A stretch of 64,000 bases of DNA, taken from IMG/VR virus record IMGVR_UViG_3300044614_000912, positions 32,001 to 96,000 of that record; one strand, given 5' to 3'. The notes beneath the pieces are model-generated. The model ran no database searches, was not told where the DNA came from, and saw only the letters and a program-made list of their open reading frames with translations. How positions within the stretch are numbered: position 1 is the first letter of the stretch; every line of letters starts with the position of its first letter. Of the stretch, positions 58,501-64,000 are shown piece by piece. A program made the translations under genes and the position numbers. This stretch comes from a virus.

Positions 58501-61239
58501 GTCCGGTGAGAATCTAATATAAAAAGCAAATCCTTTAGAAGTATCAACTTGACCAAAATTAATATAGCCATTTACTCCAGAAGTTCTTATGGCACTGTCA
58601 AAGTTATCGCCAATTTTTCCATATAATGGATCGTCTACAAAATCAACCGATCCATTGGATAAAGAAGTCCAATCTGTTGTCTTGTATGGTGAAGTAAAGC
58701 CCGGTAGTTGATTAGCAAATAAACTATTGCTATCGAATCTCCATCCGATATTCTTAACTAAACTCTTTACATAATCACCGGTAAATGTACCGCTTAAACC
58801 GCCTAAGTTAGCTCCTAGTGGTACTGATAAGATATTATTTCCACTATTGCGGGTGAAATTATAAAATCCTTCTAGGAATGGGTACTCTATAGTTGGATTA
58901 AAATAACCATAATCAAATTGTGCAGCATTGAAGGGGCCGTTTGTAATAGAGCCATTAACACCAACCCACCGCTTAGAGTAATTTGTTTTGATCGAACTTG
59001 GAGAAGTAAATGCGTGTGGTAAATTTTCTAGTCTGGATATTGGGCCATATTCGTCGCTTGTATTGAATATACCATCTACAGACTGTCTTGTAGTCGGATA
59101 TATTTTAACTTTTCTTCGCGTTAGCTCTTTTGAACCTTGAGCGAATGTATGCAACATTAAACCATCAGATGGCTTATACTTCACCACCAGTTGGACGGTC
59201 GAAATAGTTGCTCCACTAGGAATAGGATATAAATCAAGAAAGAGATTTTCAATATATGAACTGTTTCTGTAATCGGTTGATTTGCCTAATAAAACTGGGT
59301 CTTCATAAATTTTAAGTGGAATATTATACTCTTTGAAGCTAGTCGAATTGATCAATGGAGTTCTAGTTAATTCATAATGATCTTTAGCTGGATTTAATGT
59401 GATATCTCTAATATAGACTTGATCTTTTTCAGAGATAGATATGCTTGATATTCCCAAATCATTTATATGCTTAAAGCCAGAAATTTGTGGAGTAAAACCG
59501 TCTTGATTAGCAATATCTACTATTAGGTAGTTGGACTCTGATGCTATAAAATTTGCATCTTCATCTCCAAGATAAATTATTTCTGCATCGTTTTGTAAGA
59601 ACGCACCTATCTTGGGAGTTCTATTTAATAATTTATCGTCATTGTATCCAACAACGTCTAAAGCGTAATCTGCTGACCCTACTGCTTTTTTAGCAATAAC
59701 TTTGAGATAGACTTCATCAATAATAAAGAAATTGTCGTTTTCTTTAAGAGAAACTACTTCCGATGTATTATAATTTTTGCCTTGGAACGCACCCTTAAAT
59801 GGTCCGTTCGATTCTGCCCAAACAGATTTAGGTGGGAGGTTGGTAAATCTAAGTGTTAATCTACCACTATCTATGTGCGGCGTACTAGAGAGTAGTTTAA
59901 TATAGTGAAATGGATAATCATCTTGAAGCCTTGATGCTGTTAAAGCTGGTTCTGTGAGACTATTATCTGTATTACCATATGAATCTGGATTAGATTCCCA
60001 TAAACTATAAGCTTCTGGATAAATATCAACATCAACATCACTAGCAATCATATCTATTGGAACAATATACTTAGTTAATCTTTGTCCAATTGGGGCAACA
60101 TCAGTATAGAAGGGTATATAATTATCTCTTAAAATTCCAACGCCGCTAGAAAATACAACGTCGTATCCTCCACTATTACATATTTCGATAGCAGATATTC
60201 TAATACTATTTTCTGGAGTAAGAGCAAAGCTTAAATTCTTGCTAGCATTTGCTTGTTCGCAAGATTCTTCGTACCCGACGTTAAATCCATCAGAAAATGG
60301 ATCATAAAAGCACTGAGTATCAAAATCCAAATTTAATAAATAGCCACTAGGATATCCCATTAGTGGATAACCAGACTGCCAAGTGTGTAGCAATAAGTTG
60401 TTTGTCTCTGGTTCAGAGATATATGTAGTAAAATTTATATCATCTAATTGATAGTCTGCATCTCCTCGTACAAAAATATCCTTGTACTTGATAACGGTAT
60501 TACCGCTGGGGTCAAGCAGTTTTATATTATGAATTCTATACTGTGGCGGTATATCAGATGACTTTGTGTATGTTGGCGCGGCGGCGCGAAGAAAAACAAA
60601 ACTATTTTCAGCATTATCAATGGGCCTAGTAACTTCACATGTATATCTAAAATCACCATCACTCATCGTTGAAGATGGTTGAATATATGAAAATTTTTCG
60701 TCTGCTATGATCTTACTATTTTTGCCATTCTTAGTATAGTTACCAATAAATACGCCTTCATCAATATTAGAAAATAGATTGGTTGTGCTGTTTAACTTAT
60801 CAACAAAATAACTATTGTTTAGTGATGTAACAATGTCTTTGATTGGATATAATTTTTGGGTTGCTTGAAAATTATCAAAAGCATTTAATGTGCCAAAATT
60901 ACCAGCAAACTTATCAGTTTTGACATCATTTATAAGACTAGTGGCGGATACTCTAGAGCGTAAATTTCCATTTAATTGTAGAGTTGCTCTAATATCTCCT
61001 ATGCCAGAATCTTGTAAGGCTTGTAAACCTATACTTAACTGAGCCTTGCTTCTGATAGCGCCTTCGCCGGATAATATGGCCGGTGTGATAGCTCTTAATG
61101 AATTACTGGCAACAATTTTACCAACTCCACCAATTCTCATGGTTGGTGAATGATTAATAGTAGCTCTTGCGACAAAGTTACCGGCGGAACCGATTCTACT
61201 AGATTGATTTGATGTACAAGAAAAACAAACTTCACTCAT
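49564..61239 (-). CDS. giant virion adhesin-like protein (3891 aa): LamG-like domain, 7 FG-GAP repeats, MIDAS-motif insert
   Basis: Uninterrupted ORF; seven FG..V...GAP-type repeats at ~50130-55890; ConA/LamG-like segment ~58066-58590; DDSAS at 55006-55020. Confidence 0.8.
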   Translation of the reverse strand: MSEVCFSCTSNQSSRIGSAGNFVARATINHSPTMRIGGVGKIVASNSLRAITPAILSGEGAIRSKAQLSIGLQALQDSGIGDIRATLQLNGNLRSRVSATSLINDVKTDKFAGNFGTLNAFDNFQATQKLYPIKDIVTSLNNSYFVDKLNSTTNLFSNIDEGVFIGNYTKNGKNSKIIADEKFSYIQPSSTMSDGDFRYTCEVTRPIDNAENSFVFLRAAAPTYTKSSDIPPQYRIHNIKLLDPSGNTVIKYKDIFVRGDADYQLDDINFTTYISEPETNNLLLHTWQSGYPLMGYPSGYLLNLDFDTQCFYDPFSDGFNVGYEESCEQANASKNLSFALTPENSIRISAIEICNSGGYDVVFSSGVGILRDNYIPFYTDVAPIGQRLTKYIVPIDMIASDVDVDIYPEAYSLWESNPDSYGNTDNSLTEPALTASRLQDDYPFHYIKLLSSTPHIDSGRLTLRFTNLPPKSVWAESNGPFKGAFQGKNYNTSEVVSLKENDNFFIIDEVYLKVIAKKAVGSADYALDVVGYNDDKLLNRTPKIGAFLQNDAEIIYLGDEDANFIASESNYLIVDIANQDGFTPQISGFKHINDLGISSISISEKDQVYIRDITLNPAKDHYELTRTPLINSTSFKEYNIPLKIYEDPVLLGKSTDYRNSSYIENLFLDLYPIPSGATISTVQLVVKYKPSDGLMLHTFAQGSKELTRRKVKIYPTTRQSVDGIFNTSDEYGPISRLENLPHAFTSPSSIKTNYSKRWVGVNGSITNGPFNAAQFDYGYFNPTIEYPFLEGFYNFTRNSGNNILSVPLGANLGGLSGTFTGDYVKSLVKNIGWRFDSNSLFANQLPGFTSPYKTTDWTSLSNGSVDFVDDPLYGKIGDNFDSAIRTSGVNGYINFGQVDTSKGFAFYIRFSPDLPVSGSNFNLINSGVVMSQWDAGSQQGFVLGYENGHLCAYAYISGVMLKARDSAHYSAYKFPMSAMVTFKEPYASLGVANSMFLYTDNEISQGAWTLNRGFIAPFGSIGNLRIVSFNPSNNDLLIGHCPASGVGLNMFVSEIGISTHNKAIVQQSNLFYNRTNLRFTPFSSISYPESSGAISTSKTGFRDSFYKASDVPSFFASQRNKYWSSNESWHDDRNILNTLVSEDTDSWHLGDFKVCQFSPDFDFLTQRVGRDYILHSINHHGSGYSQITNLPLPSNVLASGLAYHTQIENDFLRLYLSDVSSSGNFYSAHPRISKTLPRGYNFVEDALVVDTILEHETFNNIIWPNGDIGPKLIVSLYTPSQDPSYAPSKRNWGLINRAIHYLEPSGCWQKISSKFTYQDLIDTSEPWANFDVERSITEFDTKYYSTDINQMYLQYDLVYPSGSPFESRIKLHSANVRLENALISEENVNTSLNLFSNGEKKWLEDVNLYVYGRGTIADDFQLYTSGTLPDVSSDNVNMFIGSAYYATPQNVRLFTFNKGSVNSSTSQLFGATAGEDYYLGPNLYVSGRYNKFDEQILPITITNRIEDQSASGSIQLFTKSVGLIESNSSSMTMHMQASPLRVSVIYREAMPMFINSPPVPVSLVDGGERMNLWISGKDFDVTNIDSSVNLFLVNYPAFSATGSQQYTITWNSDYPGKNIAVDDNRYAYLEANDEIRGVELLCYGNCQNVGSCTEESVVLHEDIWSTPNDCVDGGIFRAKNTYTNLETSGFKTEIGYSGHFYGLRKYTNLIPQAPYFVNVIGKTGSKNTIELPTEYIESEYGTDEIVVNDLVVNNGYTNYTNRKLTADSPNSNQGSTLRQINEKFGKSVAVKNNLACIGAPGHDITYTEYDSSGNLVTSTLDEAGAVYIFRRDNRPSGYSWPDGTQKSPWYLEERLYLPSGLRKDYYDRIETNKIDNIELPATVIQRKWNVGQEGRQFGHSLDIAASDTHKSFGENKREVLVVGGPSAKWQRDFEDLYTSGVQIGVMIFTDEFTPVIPAPGKKPRPNYSYEDILDTIYNKDLLFRYFAEPPIRFDVKLIICEPTKNSTNVTVKEFPEPKPNFIIKKQIERVKGIPTPEQNERILSGIKEAFNEAFPYDETKIHNNIPPILGLYVDDSASMRGALGKAKNMFRDYYLNYSFASGLRDFYGIQSSGAFVEYQSDFGAAENWVFMSQTILGEVLDTGRLVSNNQVKYLTSGVGQEFFNENLSQFNYPPESGGRVYVFEKESGAWNLVQEIRSPNITYGIPDRFGHAVAISDDTEVIAIGSPYISEACKVYEYKPEEKDRLYAGLFSWLGYKNAITGGLFARYRNMITDYAIWSNTYGIEYANQILYSKLDSTEKFEARKYLNIQEYQNIYTYGYGNISYNFGTWSFIPEHFAPTSRLGYSVAVNEDGTVVAFGAPTDSFNEWEDGNVWYKNEGYNDPNNDENLNTNLISPSWINSTNAGAVRLFEARKYYPHNSVVEFGKFGNLQESMDFPEDSGHFNYLASAFSDMNFRKTEFTEVNIPQEAGLAFIITPEVDALSDEVTDNILNWLALGDRNLVLVGNDPIWEKNGIYETSNSIINKILDRVKSRLRLYPARNSYEALSSGCSMALPSYIPRNTTPSYIEPITTKAYGVADIRMYLKDSPEFAQFMPCTSKNDALPSELIDSGESAFEVINEKCELPLKHLGDLRAEWTDRCKNCKDQWVYYPVNWAYMFRTYSPPCCVPQVGPFDFPQQEPVPLIVAGDYVTKITNIPASPAVSGVYPVYRTVEESRFQTIFDAPISPSSVAFIWNSGENTSSYLNLNEGQINSNGLFYTPEIFDDRQSLIMANAIPQSEILEDKQIASNRGYYCVEETLANKSSKLVFIAGVFTESENNLYSGFGDQNINFYANLVGRTIDGESLIAQLGGWTKRTSFIDAYPDSFLFNLFQNVGNTVDENVITLLDQYDVCWIANPAGLPSQQELTDLLSWLNGPNKKLIITYDNNISQVLLAKQLSDMIGSRIKPLYLPVLDQYAVVDGAESLEFNSIHPVSTGWNVNTSIEYFEVVSQSRFTPIALVENTVPVCYDYRPIYDKKFITNGYWKSLSGVTKVSFPALPGSGYKIFITTISETPAETEDLFIATQNVNMRITTNPSDSDTEGLFGYDLGAGYSVDKLGNLRRATYSIENKPVTYSFDAQVIREASTINFYIANNNERLSVKTNSYIPKTTRLLGISGVLVPIETVRIPEFYQVFDRNEYYRISDPQPAQTLTEVIVSPILNDNTVYCADGCEDTLGHKQIADGPVIVAQEIEHFSQFMTGVARSRITLISDSSLVQGQCMGDDNFRMSSETVRFLRSLYPYTNWPDTNSGRQYTIMTKIMPPERGSPQKYRSIVNNSGLAHLFGDFAGSPVGLSSFSNKESRYDPKFVKRPKKNPWPDGATSEEIENIKQGIISGFKGIQTSHGATAMFSGVIDGKLYRDAGIGGGMPDLMKEKGYDYLDFDITQSGFPGDLFGYSVALYKNKLVVGSPFSAYSREEISSWDYILDGGSTSGIELSYNGGAGAAYLFERNNKGSGLHGTFTPWSFTQKLRPDSINVGSNSGIEIMGDKFGSDIDIDGDIIAIGAPGHDYGNYVINGSGDFIRRCFNPEFRIPSRAVIDLGNSGIRNTYDPSIVNANTIINMGAIFTFENKIVDWPTKKQEWVYVEKLVENAPFYHEYTLYGTDVSDRFGESVALDRSKRTDADYTIIGGSHSETSNREQYAYDELGLPLSYDQFVTGAGAAFITDIMLRGQAPAIQSPDSFIDAKFFGETNASGDPAIFLSFKNNLDANKEYKATGIIYSNYQGEIFVEASGQDPVLKGFIEHRPYIKSVEGTYFFGIPNSGNLPLFTDGAQNASGNINLFTSVDSIINVYNDLGLYTSSVDGIISNEPSGMLLYVHTPDPIIVSESGLMLFMASGVGSYSDNLNLRIRGK

Positions 61240-61241
61240 TA

Positions 61242-64000
61242 TTAGACCTTTGGCATAGTTGATGAATTTTCTATGAGTTTTCCACCAGAGCCGACGCTGG
61301 TATTTTTGATCTTATCCGAGACAATTTTTGCAATTTCATTTCTTGCTTCCTGCGTTAAACCGGCAAGCATACCGCTATTTCCAGAAAAATTTACATTTAC
61401 ATTTGTACTATCTAATGTAATCTTAAATTTTGTATCTTGAAGAGATTTAATAGTATCCGACATTTGAGAAGTAAATGTCGTTAATGCCTTGGTAAGCATA
61501 GAGATAACGTCTGTACCAAGAATATTCTGGACTATTCCGTTTAATAATCCTCCTCCAGCTAAATATTGTACTTTTCCGCCCCTAGCAAAGTTTTGAACAC
61601 CGGCTGATGCTCCCGCTGAACCGCTTAGACCATTATTCATAGCTTGTAATAGTTGTAGATTGTTACCTCTATTTACAGCTTCTCGTCTTACAACGAACTC
61701 TCCGGGTGTTAACATTGCGGGAACGGTATCTGTTCCACGGGGAACGAAGATACCCCTACTTGCATACACGGTTCCGCCTTTTCTGAACATTGTAGGCTCA
61801 CGGCCTCTACCGGCAGCTTCGGCATCTCTAGATGCTCTTTCATCTTCTGCCGACTGTTTAACCTCTGGAGCCATTCCCCTATCCCTAGTATTACTAACGG
61901 CTTCTTCGGCCTTCTTTTGAGCGGCCTGTAACTGTATATTTGCGGCATCTAGTTGTGACTGAGCAGCTTGAACTTGTAAATCGGCGGTTGGACCCATAGT
62001 GCCAGCTAATGCACGTATATCGCTCTTTACTGCTTCTTCTTCTGGAGTGGTTCCTGCTAGCATTTGTGCTGCGGCTGGATTCTGAACACCTCTGGCCGAT
62101 AATGCGGCTGTTGCAGCTTTCTCACCCAAACCACCCGGACCAGCAATACGTTGACCGTATATTTCTTGAACGCCAGCTTCTTTTTGTCTTTCAATATCAG
62201 AATAAGCACCAGCCAATGCTGTGGCACCAAATGCATTCATAAGGTCTTGATTACCAGTTGCTATTGCGGCTGTAGCTCCAACGGCGGCTTGTTGATCAAA
62301 GAACTTCTCTATATCGCCATTTATTAGCGATTCCATAGACTGTTTCTCAAGCTTATTTTTCTCTTCTATAGTCTTGAGTTCTTCTTCTTTGGCTTTAATC
62401 AAATCTCTAGTGGTTTGTATTTGACTCTTAGCTGCTTCGTTGAGTCTTCTTTCCTCTTCTTCCAATTGTAATCCAGCTTCACCAGCCAATTTAGCTTGAG
62501 CTTCTTTATCTCCACTTGCTGCCGCAGCCCTAATGCCCGCTATTTCTTGCTGCCTTGCTCCAATTTGCTGTGTTCTTTGTGTGATTTCAGCAGCACTTCC
62601 TGTCTTGAGATTATCAACACCTTGTATTCCGGTTGCTTGAACATTAGCTTGTGCTACAATATTAGCTCGTCTTTCTGCTGGCGTGACAGCTTTGCCGCCG
62701 TATTTTGCTTCAATATCTCTTGCTTCCATCTGCACATTTAAAGCCTCTTGCTGTGCAGACATTAAATTGCGTTCTGCTTCTATTCTATTTTTAGTAAGCT
62801 GATTAAGTTGTTCTTGGATTTTTATTGCATCATTAAGTGGGCCGTTAACTTGCTCAAGAACTTTCTTGCCAAAATCACCCATAACCTCAGAGAAAACTCC
62901 AAAGTTACCTTCTCCAAGAGCGTTGAGTTGATCTTCTGATAATGTATCGGCCTGTGCCTGTAAACGCTTGATAGTATCGTCATCATATTTTCTATTACCA
63001 GCAGCATCTGTTTGAGCAGCAAGATTTTTACCAAGAATATCCTTAAAAGCTTTTCTTCTATCTTCTGCGCTACCGGAACTCAATCTTCCCTTAAGATCGC
63101 TCTTTGTTTGTTCAAAAATAGTAGCGGAATTCTTTTGAACTTCGTTAATAGATTTGAGATTACCCTTAAACTTATCAATTTGTTTATCATTTGCTCCAAA
63201 TCTTCTAAGGGTTGCTTCAGCATCGCCAAGGGCAGCGTCAAAATCAGCATCGCTAATGCCTTGAGCAGCAGATGTTACGCTGGCTTCAAGTGTAGCTAAA
63301 GATTGTTGTAATGGTATATTGCCAGCCTGTTGAGCAGCAATATAGTTAGTTATACCAAGTGCTGCTGCGGCAGAAGCACCTTGAACGTCTTGCATACCAA
63401 GGTCCATAGCTTCAAAAGCTTTTCTAGTTCTTTCTGCCTCCTTTTGTAAATTCTCAAAAGATTTATCAAGCTCTCTGGCTTGTTCTTCTAATACGGCGGC
63501 TTGTTCTCTAAATGCATTAGCTTCGTCTTTATTACCAGCAGTATCAGCTTCTGATGCTTTTATTCTCAATTGACTCATTCGACTTCTCATAGCACCCGGA
63601 GAATTAGCACCTAATTGAGCATCAATTTGCTCACGGGTCATGCCTTGAGCGATACCACGCTTCATGCTTTCATTGACAACCGGCCTAGAAATATCAAAAG
63701 CCTTTCTTTCAGCTTCCGCGTTTTGTTTTATTAATCCGGCATTCTCTTTATCGATTCTTTCATTTCTTTGTTTGCCAGATTCTAAGCCAAAATATCCAGC
63801 TAAACCTAGTGTTGCAACTCTAGCTGTACCACGCAAGAAGCCTCCAACAGCCCCGCTCTTATTGCCCTTGTTAGATTCAACAGCTTTTTCATTGGCAGTT
63901 TGCATCGCCTGTCTTGAAGCTTGTACATTAGAAATTTTAGCAAGAGCTTCACCAGCACTAATCGTTCCATTTTGTAAATCTTCTAAAGCAGAAGAAGCGT
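61242..64000 (-). CDS. tail tape measure protein (5' end outside the window)
   Basis: Ala/Gln/Glu-rich helical sequence, C-terminal GTDTVPAMLTPGEFVVRREAV; frame stays open to the window edge. Confidence 0.85.
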   Translation of the reverse strand, partial: ASSALEDLQNGTISAGEALAKISNVQASRQAMQTANEKAVESNKGNKSGAVGGFLRGTARVATLGLAGYFGLESGKQRNERIDKENAGLIKQNAEAERKAFDISRPVVNESMKRGIAQGMTREQIDAQLGANSPGAMRSRMSQLRIKASEADTAGNKDEANAFREQAAVLEEQARELDKSFENLQKEAERTRKAFEAMDLGMQDVQGASAAAALGITNYIAAQQAGNIPLQQSLATLEASVTSAAQGISDADFDAALGDAEATLRRFGANDKQIDKFKGNLKSINEVQKNSATIFEQTKSDLKGRLSSGSAEDRRKAFKDILGKNLAAQTDAAGNRKYDDDTIKRLQAQADTLSEDQLNALGEGNFGVFSEVMGDFGKKVLEQVNGPLNDAIKIQEQLNQLTKNRIEAERNLMSAQQEALNVQMEARDIEAKYGGKAVTPAERRANIVAQANVQATGIQGVDNLKTGSAAEITQRTQQIGARQQEIAGIRAAAASGDKEAQAKLAGEAGLQLEEEERRLNEAAKSQIQTTRDLIKAKEEELKTIEEKNKLEKQSMESLINGDIEKFFDQQAAVGATAAIATGNQDLMNAFGATALAGAYSDIERQKEAGVQEIYGQRIAGPGGLGEKAATAALSARGVQNPAAAQMLAGTTPEEEAVKSDIRALAGTMGPTADLQVQAAQSQLDAANIQLQAAQKKAEEAVSNTRDRGMAPEVKQSAEDERASRDAEAAGRGREPTMFRKGGTVYASRGIFVPRGTDTVPAMLTPGEFVVRREAVNRGNNLQLLQAMNNGLSGSAGASAGVQNFARGGKVQYLAGGGLLNGIVQNILGTDVISMLTKALTTFTSQMSDTIKSLQDTKFKITLDSTNVNVNFSGNSGMLAGLTQEARNEIAKIVSDKIKNTSVGSGGKLIENSSTMPKV

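Noticed and set aside
847-63299. Numerous 60-125 aa ORFs antisense to or overlapping long genes
   Set aside because: Shadows of well-supported genes on the opposite strand or frame; no RBS or motifs
1-64000. Stop-codon reassignment, tRNA or rRNA genes
   Set aside because: Genes are full length in code 11 and use TAA, TGA and TAG as stops; intergenic gaps are short and show no cloverleaf

Overview
This window is a fragment of a large, AT-rich tailed-phage (Caudoviricetes) genome read in standard code 11. The + strand (1-38424) runs in this order. (1) Virion-accessory genes: LRR protein, sulfotransferase fusion, MTD-N protein, trypsin-like protease. (2) A small membrane-protein cluster. (3) Nucleotide metabolism: nrdAB, dut, phoH, dNMP kinase. 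(4) Recombination and a bacterial-type replisome: RecA-like, DnaB, DnaG, Cas4-like nuclease, SSB, and a DNA polymerase III alpha split into two genes around a nuclease and a DEDDh proofreader. (5) A degenerate bacterioferritin. (6) A ~8.5 kb operon of soluble glycosyltransferases and apparent pseudo-enzymes. The - strand (38484-64000) is a tail module: a tape measure gene cut by the window edge, a 3891-aa adhesin-like protein with a seven-blade FG-GAP propeller carrying a MIDAS-motif insert, and putative tail-tip proteins. The best candidate for a new system is phage-encoded virion glycosylation and sulfation, possibly directed at Ser-Gly sites, which are enriched in the giant tail protein. 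Also notable are the intein-less split DnaE and an apparently complete avoidance of CCWGG. All assignments come from motif recognition by eye; no searches were run.
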